Source: Candidatus Bathyarchaeia archaeon
GTDB lineage: Archaea; Thermoproteota; Bathyarchaeia; 40CM-2-53-6
Assembly: GCA_050013255.1 (NCBI GenBank)
Contig: JBEKFP010000002.1
Span: 416,001-480,000, forward strand
Reading direction: 5' to 3'
Length of the DNA stretch: 64,000 nt
Shown: piece after piece, positions 52,556 to 62,175 of the stretch
Layout of the letters: the number at the start of each line of letters is the position of its first letter
How positions within the stretch are numbered: position 1 is the stretch's first letter
The notes under the pieces: generated by a model
Seen by the model: the letters and a program-made list of their open reading frames with translations, nothing else
Databases searched by the model: none
What the model was told of the DNA's origin: nothing
Translations under genes and position numbers: made by a program

Positions 52556-53167
52556 TTGCAGACACAGTCAGATTCGCATCGGTCTCCAAGAGAAGCGATT
52601 GAGCACATTTTGAAATCGAGACATCCTGCGACAGTACAACAACTTGCTGAGATGGCGATGGCAGAAACTGACATTCGTGAAGAAGAAGTGGTTCAAATTG
52701 TCAAGGAGATGGAAACTGAAGGATCGTTGATGCTCCAAGAGCCGTTGCGCGATATTACGTCTACTTGGGACTATCTTCGTACCCCCATTCTCTCCTTGTG
52801 GTTCTGGACTGCGTTGGGCGCAACGGTTCTTACAACTAGTGTTGTTCTCTTTGTTCCTGACTTTTTTCCGATCGTAGTCATACGATGGTTGTCGGGGTCG
52901 ATTCTTCTATTTTTCTTGCCTGGATACGCCCTTCTACACCTTCTATTTCCAGGGAGAAAAGAGAAGAGTTCACTTGAGCGATTTGTCCTGAGTATAGGTC
53001 TGAGCCTTGCTATCATTCCATTAATCGGCTTGATTCTCACCTACACTCCCTGGAGCCTCAGCTCCGTCCCGGTCGTGTTGTGTATCGCAGCATTCTCGAT
53101 CGGCGTCTTGGCTGGGGCGGTCATAAGAAAATGGTTGCATATCCGCAATCGGCGATCGCTTGTCTAA
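52556..53167 (+). CDS. DUF1616 N-terminal-type membrane protein with wHTH-like N-terminus
   Basis: RWLSGSILLFFLPGY..LERFVLSIGLSLAIIPLIGLILTYTPW. Confidence 0.85.
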   Translation: MQTQSDSHRSPREAIEHILKSRHPATVQQLAEMAMAETDIREEEVVQIVKEMETEGSLMLQEPLRDITSTWDYLRTPILSLWFWTALGATVLTTSVVLFVPDFFPIVVIRWLSGSILLFFLPGYALLHLLFPGRKEKSSLERFVLSIGLSLAIIPLIGLILTYTPWSLSSVPVVLCIAAFSIGVLAGAVIRKWLHIRNRRSLV

Positions 53168-53269
53168 TACAATTGCCTTTTCGGAGAACTCAAGATCTTC
53201 AAACCTCAACCTGACGCCGCAGTCCCTCGACGCTGACCAGCGATAGTAGTATGTACAGTCGTCAGACTG

Positions 53270-53632
53270 GACATTCGGACCCGCCTGAGGGGCATGAAAA
53301 GATCGGGCATGTGAGCAGTATGTGAGGGAATCGAATCGACGTTCTTGTCCTTGACTAGTCTTCTTACAAACTTGAGACAGGCGTATAAAGGGGAGCATTG
53401 TAAAAGAAAGTGTCTGAAGCCGGGCTAATCAAATCAACATGAATATCGTCCGGGAAAAAGTCAGCGAAATCGTAGTCAGCTGTTCTTGCGTTCTCTTGCC
53501 TATCCTTTCTCTTGATGGAGCAAGCACGAGAACCTCCACACTTCGCGGAAGGTGTCGAATCAATTCCACAATATAGGTTCCAACGCCCCCCCAAACTGGG
53601 AGAAATTCGGGTGCAAGCATACAGAGTTTCAT
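53270..53632 (-). pseudogene. Frameshifted GT4 5' remnant
   Basis: MKLCMLAPEFLPVWGGVGTYIVELIRHLP, continuing in other frames (..SHTAHMPD). Confidence 0.75.
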
Positions 53633-53829
53633 AAATTGAAATCAGCACACGACTCGACGGTGCGTGAGATTGAGACTAGAAGCGTCAGGGGGTCATGTTC
53701 TAGGTGTGGAAGCCACATTTGTGGAATGGAAGCAATCTAAGCCCTCTAAGCGTCCAGACTGCTCAAGTTTTCTGTACGGAACGGCCATAAACCCTATAGC
53801 GTAAATCGTAAGGGTTGATGTGAGGAAAT

Positions 53830-54798
53830 TTGCTCGAAACGGAGCCTCCAATAAATCGTCCAGCAAGAGACCGTGTAATCTCGAGATTACTTTCATCAAG
53901 ACCGGTTGCGAAGGACGACGTTACCGTGGTAGTGCCCGTTCTCAACGAGGAAAAGGCCATAGGAATGGTCCTAGATGAATTGACCAGTAGTGGATACCCG
54001 CACATTTTAGTCGTCGACGGATATTCAAAAGACAACACCGTTCAGATAGCGAAAAGCAAAGGCGTGAATGTCGTTCAACAACACGGGATGGGTAAGACAG
54101 GGGCTATCAAGACTGCGATAGATCTCGTCCCAACACCTTACATGCTAGCAATGGACGGCGATTATACATACGCCGCCTCCGACATCCAAAAATTCCTTGA
54201 CCATGCCCATAACTACGACGAAATAGTGGGCGTCCGTGGAAGAGAAAACATTAGTCGACTTCACAGAATAGGAAACCGCATTATTTCGAAATCTTTCAAT
54301 CTGATGTTTGATACCGCACTATCCGACGTTTGCTCGGGCATGTATTTGTTAAGAACCGAGTCTGCAAAAGAGCTTGACTTGCATAGCGGCGGCTTTAACG
54401 TGGACGTGGAAATTATTGCTCAGACAGCGTTGCGTGGGGAGGTTACAGAGGTACCGATAGAATATCGCGCTAGATTGGGGGAACCGAAGTTATCAACTTG
54501 GAGGAACGGTATTCAAATCATCTATTCGGTCCTGATCTGGACTAGGATTTATAACCCGGTCTTCATTTTTTCGGTGATTGCTGCCTTCGCATTCGTACCC
54601 GGTCTGACGATTTTGATTTGGGCGGGGTTGACGTGGTTGCTGCGAGGGGTGTTCCATAGTGGTTGGGCTCTGCTTGCAGCGGTTCTGTTGTTCGGCGCCG
54701 GCCAAGCCCTCACGGTTGGATCGCTCTCACTCCTCATCAAACGTGCGGAAGCCAGAATCACAAAACGGCTTAAACAGGCCGGGTCGTTCCGTTATTGA
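53830..54798 (+). CDS. GT2 polyprenol-phosphate glycosyltransferase (DPM synthase-like)
   Basis: VPVLNEE, VVDGYSKDNT, MDGDYTY, DVCSG, two C-terminal TMs. Confidence 0.9.
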   Translation: MLETEPPINRPARDRVISRLLSSRPVAKDDVTVVVPVLNEEKAIGMVLDELTSSGYPHILVVDGYSKDNTVQIAKSKGVNVVQQHGMGKTGAIKTAIDLVPTPYMLAMDGDYTYAASDIQKFLDHAHNYDEIVGVRGRENISRLHRIGNRIISKSFNLMFDTALSDVCSGMYLLRTESAKELDLHSGGFNVDVEIIAQTALRGEVTEVPIEYRARLGEPKLSTWRNGIQIIYSVLIWTRIYNPVFIFSVIAAFAFVPGLTILIWAGLTWLLRGVFHSGWALLAAVLLFGAGQALTVGSLSLLIKRAEARITKRLKQAGSFRY

Positions 54799-54994
54799 AC
54801 TAAACAACCACATGGTAAAACGACCTATCAAATCGGGGAACTTCGCCACGATGGTACCTTCGCTTCTGTAGTTCTACCTAGGCATAATCATGTCGATCAG
54901 AGAAAGACCTAGCGCGCTTTGTTCTCAACACTTAAGTCGTAGTCGACGTTTGTCTTCGCGTCTTGAGTTAGCTGAAGCATTTCTTCTTGATATT

Positions 54995-56002
54995 TTATTT
55001 TATTATTTCATTTAATATTTCTTGATATTTCAGGTTTGCAACGGTAGTTAACTTCCTCTCCGAAACTGATCTGCTGATGGCTTCGAGAGTTTCGAGGGTT
55101 CGAGGTCCCGTAAGGTCGATGGCGCAGTCTCCGCGTACGACCCGGTCTGCAAAGTTCTCGATTTGAGACATCATGGCGTTGCTGGGAGTGAGTGGAATCT
55201 GGAAGCTCGCATCTCTTGAGTGCTGGACTAGCAGTTGGCGCAGGCAGTCGACTTTCAAAGATCCCTCGGAACCTACGATTGTGACTTCCCTAACGTTGCG
55301 TGGATGTAGCCAACTGAGTTCGATGTGAGCAAAGATGTTGTCGCGATATTCAGCTAAAATGTAGGCGACATCGTTGTGTGCGCTGGAGTTTCTGTAAGCT
55401 CTTCCAACACCGCTCACGTCCTTGGGCCATGCGCCGAGAAGTAGATTGAGAATATCGAGTGGGTCCTGCCCTAGGTCGAAAGTTACATCCTCGTCCGGAA
55501 ACGAATTTTGGTCTGTCCAATGGACTTTGACGTAGTAGAGTTTCCCCAGCTCTCCGCCGTTAAGCATTTCATTTGCAACCTGCAGCGCCCTGTTAAATCT
55601 AATAGGGTGGCTGATTTCAATCAACAGGCCCCTTTCTTTTGCAAGGTCCACTAGATGATAGGATTCATGTGAGCTTAATGTCATTGGCTTCTCTACTAGA
55701 ACATTCTTGCCCGCCCCTAGCGCCATCTCCGCCAGCTCATAGTGCGATTCGGTCGGTGTAGCTATATGGACAATTGCGATGTCAGGGCTGTCCAGTATAT
55801 CATGAACGTCTTGTGTCAGCATCTCCTGCTTAATGGAAGACGTTTCTTTGGTTATGAGCAAGGCTCCTAATGCTGCGATAGAGCCATCGCATATCTTGAG
55901 TAGACTGACCTTTCCTCTTTGCTGAGCAGCAAGGTATTCAGCTGCAAGTTCCCTTCCCAATTGACCTGCTCCGACGATTGCTGCGCCAATTGGGTCACTC
56001 AA
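54995..56002 (-). CDS. Gfo/Idh/MocA oxidoreductase
   Basis: GAGQLG, IATPTESH, VLVEKPM, ELSWLHP. Confidence 0.88.
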   Translation of the reverse strand: MSDPIGAAIVGAGQLGRELAAEYLAAQQRGKVSLLKICDGSIAALGALLITKETSSIKQEMLTQDVHDILDSPDIAIVHIATPTESHYELAEMALGAGKNVLVEKPMTLSSHESYHLVDLAKERGLLIEISHPIRFNRALQVANEMLNGGELGKLYYVKVHWTDQNSFPDEDVTFDLGQDPLDILNLLLGAWPKDVSGVGRAYRNSSAHNDVAYILAEYRDNIFAHIELSWLHPRNVREVTIVGSEGSLKVDCLRQLLVQHSRDASFQIPLTPSNAMMSQIENFADRVVRGDCAIDLTGPRTLETLEAISRSVSERKLTTVANLKYQEILNEIIK

Positions 56003-56344
56003 AGCCTATCACTAATCGAGTCCGGCGAAACAAAATTAGCGGAAGCTGGAGCGAACGTCGCTTCGGTTTCCGCAATCATTATTTTCGCGATTCAAGAAAT
56101 CAGTCGTCAGGATTCCATATAAGGCTTGAGGAACTTCATTCCACCACTCTGAGTGACACGGTCGAACTCCCTGCAACATTCTATCTCTGCAGATACTGCC
56201 TATGAAAGGGTTAAGCAGTTCCTGTGAAATAACGCAGGTACAATCTGTCGTCCCTGAAGTCGGACGTTGACATACCTAGAAGTTATCCAGAGACTCTGGC
56301 TTATGAAATTCGAAACACATACCTGAACGACGCTAGAATCCGAG

Positions 56345-56998
56345 TCAGGTGAATCGCGTCGGATACACCACTAAGCCTACGGCTGCAACTAAGAGAACAA
56401 TCAAACTCAGAACGACTAGTAAGATGGGAGACTGCTGCTTAGGTTCCGTCGTGGTAACAGCCTGCTTTGTTAACTGAGTCGACTCAGGTGATTGTGCTCC
56501 CATAGGACTTTGAGTTGGAATTGGATTTGTGGTGCCTGACGCCTGACTTGAACTTGATGTGCTCGAAGCTGGGGAGACGTAAGTGCCGATCGAGGTATCG
56601 ACGCTCGGGAAGATTCTTCCGTTGTCATCGGCCAGGTCGCCTGCTGTAACGTATATGGTGATGGTTCCGGTGAGAGATGGTGGTGTGAACGTGTAAGTGT
56701 ATGTTCCAGGAGCAGTCTGCTTCAATGTCGAGGTAACGTCCACGCATCCTGTGGTTCCACACACGTTCAGCGTTATATGATTGGAGGCTAGCACGACTGG
56801 TGCTCCATCCGCGTAAAGCACGTTCAAGACACCAGAGTAAAGGCTAGGTGACGCTAGAGCAGGAGCGCCTGTGGTTCCAAGGATTGGCGTGGCTATTGGA
56901 TAGCCTGCGCCGAAGACCGAGACTATCGGCAGGGCTAAAAGTACGAGCACAGCTATGGCGGTTAGCTTCAGAGCCTGCATTAATATCACGTAACACAC
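56345..56998 (-). CDS. Secreted Ser/Thr-rich membrane-anchored protein
   Basis: Signal peptide, Ig-like core, S/T linker, C-terminal TM. Confidence 0.78.
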   Translation of the reverse strand: MCYVILMQALKLTAIAVLVLLALPIVSVFGAGYPIATPILGTTGAPALASPSLYSGVLNVLYADGAPVVLASNHITLNVCGTTGCVDVTSTLKQTAPGTYTYTFTPPSLTGTITIYVTAGDLADDNGRIFPSVDTSIGTYVSPASSTSSSSQASGTTNPIPTQSPMGAQSPESTQLTKQAVTTTEPKQQSPILLVVLSLIVLLVAAVGLVVYPTRFT

Positions 56999-57047
56999 CT
57001 CGCTTTTGGTATATATAGCATATGGTGGCTTGATACAGAACAGGGGC

Positions 57048-59033
57048 CTACTGTGCTCCCACTGGCCCGAAAAGGCTGTGCGGGTCCAGTAGTAAGGGGT
57101 AAAGGCTGCGGAAGGCGGCGTTAACCAAGAGAAGGATCAGAATCACCGCAAGAAAGCTTCGTGCCGTCCGATACCTCGGAAACCTGAATTCAACCACTAT
57201 GACCGCAACAACGACGGCTGTTAAGATTGCTAACCTAACAAGTGGGTCATCGAACAGGAACAGGCCAGCGCTGGCCGCAATCAACGCCAAAGAGGTGAGG
57301 TGTGATTTCAGAGGCCATTTCTCTCCTAAGCTATGGATTTGCCACCGCTTCGAAATTTCTAGGCATTTCTCTAAGCCTAAGGCAAGGAGGATTGGGAGCG
57401 GTGAAACGTACAGCATTCGCCAGAGGCCCGTCTCGCTCAACCCGGGGTTGGTGGGGTTGTAATTGGTTGGGGCAACGAGGATTGACCCAATAAACCAAGT
57501 AACGATCCAGGCCACCACATAGTTTCTTGCCCCTCCTTGCCTTCCAGAAAGGCTGTAGACGCCGACTAGGCAGAGGAGGAGGAGGAGGGGCGGAATGAAA
57601 GGGGTCCAATTCACGAATAGCTCCTGCATTGCACCCCCGAACGTCAGCAGGCTACCTGGCTGGAAAAATGGCGAGGCGTACAGGCCGAGAGTATTCATCA
57701 AATCATACCTTAAGTTCGGAAGAACCCCGTAAGCTCCTGCACCCACTGGTAGAGCAATGATGAGCGCTGCCAGTGCTCCATGTACTGGCCGATCCTTCCA
57801 TGGAGTGCGCCAGGAAACGAGGATTGTTATCAGCAGCGTCGTGAAAAAGATTCCCCAAGTCCAAGGATGAATTACCAAAATAGCGAACGAGATCAACCCT
57901 TCGACAACGAATGTTATCACACTCCAAACCCCGCTTCGAAAGTAAAGTGAGAGAAAGAGCATCCATAGCAAGTAGGCAACCCAGTTGGCTTGAATTCCCG
58001 CGTAGATCCCAAGCGTCGTTGGCAACCAAAGCAACGTGCATACTGCTGAAAGGATTGCAAGTTCATGGTTCCACCCTCCCTTAAGGATCGCCAGGAAGAC
58101 CGTTGAGGCTGTTGCGATGGCGAGGATTAGTGGAGCATATTTCACGATTGAGAAAGCACTCATGCGCGTTGCGAGTTCTATGAGGTAAAGGAATCCAACG
58201 TACAATCCGTGTGTGTACGACGTAGCGAACGCCTGGTAAGGTGTGAGGCCGGCCAGAGCGTTGAGCGGGTTCAGGTATATCCAGTAGGAATCGACGCCAA
58301 CAATCCATCCCTGCCCCGCCAGGTACGAGTAGAAGAATGTGATTATGGCTAGAATTGCGAATAGGTCCAACGATGCAGCCAGCAGTCTAATTTTCGGCTT
58401 GGTCTTAGCTGTTGGTTCATATCGAATAACTAGTGGTTTGCGACGAAAACGTATTGTTAGGGCTATCCAGGAGAAGAGAAGCAGAAGCATTAGGCCAATG
58501 GCTAATGGAAAAAGCGAAAAGGTGAGGTTCAGTTCAAGCTCCTGAGATAGCATCCCCACCTGTGCGTGTGGGTTGAGCGCGGCACCGACCCAATAGTACA
58601 GGGGCGACGACTCTATGAGAACGAAAATGCTCAGTGCAGGAACTAAGACATCACCTACTGCAAGTCCGCGCAGCTCAGACTTTGAAACGCTCGAAATGAC
58701 GCCGAAGGCAACGGTCGCGTAGAGAATCACGACCGCATACCTTACGCCAAGAACCGTGAGGGTTAAGGCAGCAGCCCACATTGTGAGAATCCCGAATAAT
58801 CCTGACCGGGACAATTTTGATTTATTGAGTACGAGTGTGCACGGAACGGATACGCTCGATGCAAGGAAGAAGTAGAGGTCGTAGGTGGCTGAAGTTAGAA
58901 TCGTTTGCGTTACGTGCGGGTAGTATAGGTAGAATGGAATTTTAAGTGAATTCAAGAGTACGAGTAGCCCTATCCCCAGGCTCACTCCGCTGATGCAACG
59001 CGATAGCTTCGCAGCGAACTCCATGTCCCGCAT
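57048..59033 (-). CDS. Large multi-pass membrane protein (GT-C-like)
   Basis: >15 TM; VGVDSYWIY, IHPWTW, WRMLY. Confidence 0.72.
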   Translation of the reverse strand: MRDMEFAAKLSRCISGVSLGIGLLVLLNSLKIPFYLYYPHVTQTILTSATYDLYFFLASSVSVPCTLVLNKSKLSRSGLFGILTMWAAALTLTVLGVRYAVVILYATVAFGVISSVSKSELRGLAVGDVLVPALSIFVLIESSPLYYWVGAALNPHAQVGMLSQELELNLTFSLFPLAIGLMLLLLFSWIALTIRFRRKPLVIRYEPTAKTKPKIRLLAASLDLFAILAIITFFYSYLAGQGWIVGVDSYWIYLNPLNALAGLTPYQAFATSYTHGLYVGFLYLIELATRMSAFSIVKYAPLILAIATASTVFLAILKGGWNHELAILSAVCTLLWLPTTLGIYAGIQANWVAYLLWMLFLSLYFRSGVWSVITFVVEGLISFAILVIHPWTWGIFFTTLLITILVSWRTPWKDRPVHGALAALIIALPVGAGAYGVLPNLRYDLMNTLGLYASPFFQPGSLLTFGGAMQELFVNWTPFIPPLLLLLCLVGVYSLSGRQGGARNYVVAWIVTWFIGSILVAPTNYNPTNPGLSETGLWRMLYVSPLPILLALGLEKCLEISKRWQIHSLGEKWPLKSHLTSLALIAASAGLFLFDDPLVRLAILTAVVVAVIVVEFRFPRYRTARSFLAVILILLLVNAAFRSLYPLLLDPHSLFGPVGAQ

Positions 59034-59307
59034 GTCCCGTTCGTGGGTTTTGTTTGCTTAAAGTATGCTGTTCTCGTGGATCGCATGGCGTTGGAGGCCT
59101 GGGTTTTCCATTCCTGCTGGCTTCGGCTTGACCGCAGGTCTTTTATGCCTGAACCACCATTGTACGTTTTATGGCACATCAGCGTACCCAGATGCTTCTC
59201 GCCCTCATTCATTCATCTCAACAATCCTCATCGTTATCGGCGTGTATCGGAGCATCAACTGGCGACGCGACAGGTAGAAGTGGCTGAGGGAAATCCCAGG
59301 GCTTTTC

Positions 59308-60084
59308 CTACTTTCTTCGCCTTATAATCATGAGCGCAACCATCGTGCAGATTGTTGCGATCATTCCATAGTAGCTTTGGAATTCAGGCACCGGGGTTTG
59401 TGGTTGTGCTGGGCTGAGGAAGGTTCTGGCGTCAACCCTTTGATTTTGAACGTCGCTTGGAAGTGTGACGAAGGCTGGTGCACTTCCCGAAGCCAGTACG
59501 TGCACCGCGTACAGGTCTAGGGTTGAGAACATTGGCGGGTCCAAGGCCCGGGCTGGAGTGGCCATCGGGTCCATTATATCCGAACTGTCAAGTATGCTTC
59601 CTAAACCGAGAACTCGTCCCAGCTCATGGATAGCCAGCCAAAAGGCGTACTGCCGTGCCGTTAGGTTGCCTGCCTGCGCCGCATTGAAGACGTTCGGGTC
59701 GAGGTATGTTTGAGTCGATTTAACTGACGTTCGCGAACCGGGTTCGAAATTGTAATTTGTCCACCCAACCGCAATTCCCGCATAGGCCTTCGGCATGTCG
59801 TAGCTAACCTTGGCCGTCGCGGACCCGTCATTCGCTTCAACAAACGTGTATGTTGGGCCTGCTGAACTCTGCCATACCTGAGCCAGATTCCACGCAACCG
59901 TCGCGTTCACCACAACATCGTGCGCCCAGGCTGGGGACGTGGGGATTGAGATTTTGATTACAAGGGACGAAAACCTTCCGTTAATAGGAATCGATGGCTG
60001 GGTCGATGCGTGCACGGGAACCGCGAAGATTGTAATGAGTAGGGCGAGGGCAATGATGCAAGCCGAGTACCGTGTCCTAGGCAA
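59308..60084 (-). CDS. PEF-CTERM protein with degenerate matrixin-like zincin domain
   Basis: AIHELGRVLGLGS..DIMDP; ends VPEF-TM-RRRK. Confidence 0.78.
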   Translation of the reverse strand: MPRTRYSACIIALALLITIFAVPVHASTQPSIPINGRFSSLVIKISIPTSPAWAHDVVVNATVAWNLAQVWQSSAGPTYTFVEANDGSATAKVSYDMPKAYAGIAVGWTNYNFEPGSRTSVKSTQTYLDPNVFNAAQAGNLTARQYAFWLAIHELGRVLGLGSILDSSDIMDPMATPARALDPPMFSTLDLYAVHVLASGSAPAFVTLPSDVQNQRVDARTFLSPAQPQTPVPEFQSYYGMIATICTMVALMIIRRRK

Positions 60085-60233
60085 GTATTATCTAGAGAAT
60101 ATAGGCTAATTTTCTAGAAATCATCGATGTAACTGCACATAGAACAGAGTGGTGACAGTTATAGAACAATTTAAGATATTCCACATCACGCGTAGGGGTC
60201 AGACGCTCATCTAACGGCCGCAAAAGGGCTACG

Positions 60234-60686
60234 TTAGCTTCCTAGAATTCGTCTCAAAGCACCAAGCCGAACCGGTGTTTCCTTTTCTGCAAGTTTCATG
60301 GCCCCCTTGTCAATTTCGAGGGCGAACCATTGCTTTTCGTGGCAGGTTGCGCATTCAACCTCATTGGGGCCGCTTAAGGTTAGGTTTCTGTGCCCGCAGG
60401 CCCGGCAGGCAACTCTCGTAGCTATTCGGACGCGGCCGTTCGGCGTTGGAGATTCTGTGTCGCTAATCGAGCGCAGCGCGCTTACGATTTCAACTGGGGA
60501 GACTGCGCCTGGTTTCCGTCTGATCTCCATGCCAGGGTATTGTCTGACTTCCACGAACTCCCAGCGAACTAGGAAATCGACGGCCCGTTTCAGCGTTCCC
60601 TCATCCAAGCCTGAAGTCTCCTTTAGTGCCTCAGGGGTTTCCCATTCCAGTTCGGGAATCGCTGACCAAACAGTCTCGAGGAACAA
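60234..60686 (-). CDS. wHTH plus zinc-ribbon protein
   Basis: DFLVRWEFVE; CRAC...CATC. Confidence 0.7.
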   Translation of the reverse strand: MFLETVWSAIPELEWETPEALKETSGLDEGTLKRAVDFLVRWEFVEVRQYPGMEIRRKPGAVSPVEIVSALRSISDTESPTPNGRVRIATRVACRACGHRNLTLSGPNEVECATCHEKQWFALEIDKGAMKLAEKETPVRLGALRRILGS

Positions 60687-60859
60687 TATCTTGCCAACTC
60701 AAACGCGTGTTAACCCGGGAGGGCAGGTAAACCAAGTGTCACCAACGGTCGTCGACCTCAGTCACATACAACGCTATAGAACATTGCACGAAATCTTCTA
60801 TGATGCGATTTGCAACCCAACTCGACTCAAAAGGCCTAAGGGTATGCTCAGTTTTCTAA

Positions 60860-61117
60860 ATGCGCAGATGCGTCTTGGCGCGTACTCGTATGCTGCTCCG
60901 TCCCGTGGCATTGACGATGTTCGTTTTCGGCCTGCTAGTCTGGCTGTACGTTATCACCATACAGATCACGCATCCGGATTGGCTTGCCGAGGAATTTTCT
61001 CACCTCAACCTTCCACCCCTGAACTGGCGGTTAGACGAAGTGGGCATCATAGCCTTCGCAGTCGCCGCGGTCGGCTTCTTCATCTGGCAACTTGAACAAA
61101 ACTCAACTCACAAGTGA
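60860..61117 (+). CDS. Small membrane protein (WLYV-Q-P...RLD-G family)
   Basis: Two TMs; homologous to 7036..7452. Confidence 0.7.
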   Translation: MRRCVLARTRMLLRPVALTMFVFGLLVWLYVITIQITHPDWLAEEFSHLNLPPLNWRLDEVGIIAFAVAAVGFFIWQLEQNSTHK

Positions 61118-61242
61118 AAATGCCGTTCAACACGAAGTAACATAGTTTGCTGGCCTTCTTCTGGACAGTGATATTCCCGGGGTCGAATAGACATATTCAG
61201 TGCAGAGAGAGCGGACATGAGCTTTTTGTTGAGTATCCTAGG

Positions 61243-61876
61243 CTAATGGTAAGCACGTTGTCTGAACTCGACTAGGAGGACGCTAATTCGTTTCGCTTCC
61301 CAGTCTACTTCATATTCTATGCGAATGTCTCCAATTCGGATTCGATAGAGGTCTTTCAGTCCGCGCAACTTCTTTACGTCGTATTCTGGTACGGGAGCTG
61401 GATTCTGCTTAAGCACCTCGAAGGCAATAACAATCCTCTCAACCTAGTGTTTGGGAATGTGGGTTCTGTTAACTTGTCGGCTCATTGCGTTCAGTGACCT
61501 CTCATGCCTAAAGGTGAGAAGTGTGGTAAGCAGTCTCGTCATCAGTTGATGAAAACGGCTCATTAAGCGATATGTGGGTTTCATAACCCGAAAGCTGAGC
61601 GGTTCGATGTTGGGTAATAGGTTGCTTTGACCAAGCGTAAAACCCTGACTAGGCGAAATGGTCTAGCTGGCCTGGTGAATGCTAGGCGAGAGCCGTGAGG
61701 TTCGCGGCCGTCGCGTCTGCAATTGAAGCGATGGTACAGGAATCCGTGACTGACGGTAATCTTGAAAGTCGATGCAGACGAGTTAACTCAAACGCATGTG
61801 CCGAAGAGCTAACAGAACCGGAATGTGCCTTAGCGACTTTCTTGCACGGTTTGAGATTATCAGCTCAAACTGGGAC
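61243..61876 (-). pseudogene. relE: RelE/ParE toxin pseudogene interrupted by a MITE
   Basis: With the insert removed: SQFELIISNRARKSLRHIPKH*VERIVIAFEVLKQNP..DVKKLRGLKDLYRIRIGDIRIEY..RAYH*. Confidence 0.88.
61462..61819 (+). mobile_element. 358-bp non-coding MITE with IS6-like TIRs and putative structured-RNA interior (copy B)
   Basis: TIRs GGTTCTGTTAACTTGTCGGCTCAT / GGTTCTGTTAGCTCTTCGGCACAT; perfect TSD GGAATGTG (61454-61, 61820-27). Confidence 0.92.
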
Positions 61877-62080
61877 TTACACGCCTAATTCTTTTCGCAG
61901 TTGAGTGAGCGTTACATAATGGCCCCTCTCAATCTCCCGCCGACTTTTCCTTATTCGCCTTCTTATCGACGGGGTTGGCACCTCTTCGGGCAGGAGTTGG
62001 GCCCGCAGGCGAAGAAGTTCAATTTTCACATCGTCCAATCTCGTAATGACTCTCCGAATCTCCGTTTGCGTGATGGCCAT
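61877..62080 (-). CDS. RelB-like antitoxin
   Basis: LLRLRAQLLPEEVPT..EIERGHYVTLTQLRKELGV directly upstream of the relE pseudogene. Confidence 0.8.
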   Translation of the reverse strand: MAITQTEIRRVITRLDDVKIELLRLRAQLLPEEVPTPSIRRRIRKSRREIERGHYVTLTQLRKELGV

Positions 62081-62175
62081 CGGTCTAAGCCCAACATAAC
62101 AGAATACCGGTGCGACTAATAATTGCATCTTGGCTCTCGCAAGTTGAAGGACTCAAAGGCAGCAATCATCAAGGC

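Noticed and set aside
60298-61095. 265-aa plus-strand ORF and other long shadow ORFs (e.g. 49274..49903)
   Set aside because: They are antisense or out-of-frame overlaps of better supported genes.
61243-61485. In-frame TAG in relE as pyrrolysine read-through
   Set aside because: The gene is already disrupted by an insertion, no pyl genes are in the window, and a Tyr-to-stop mutation is simpler.
61540-61595. Hammerhead-like TTGATGA...CGAAA
   Set aside because: The core is TTGATGA rather than CTGATGA, the interval is too long and no stem I/III was found.
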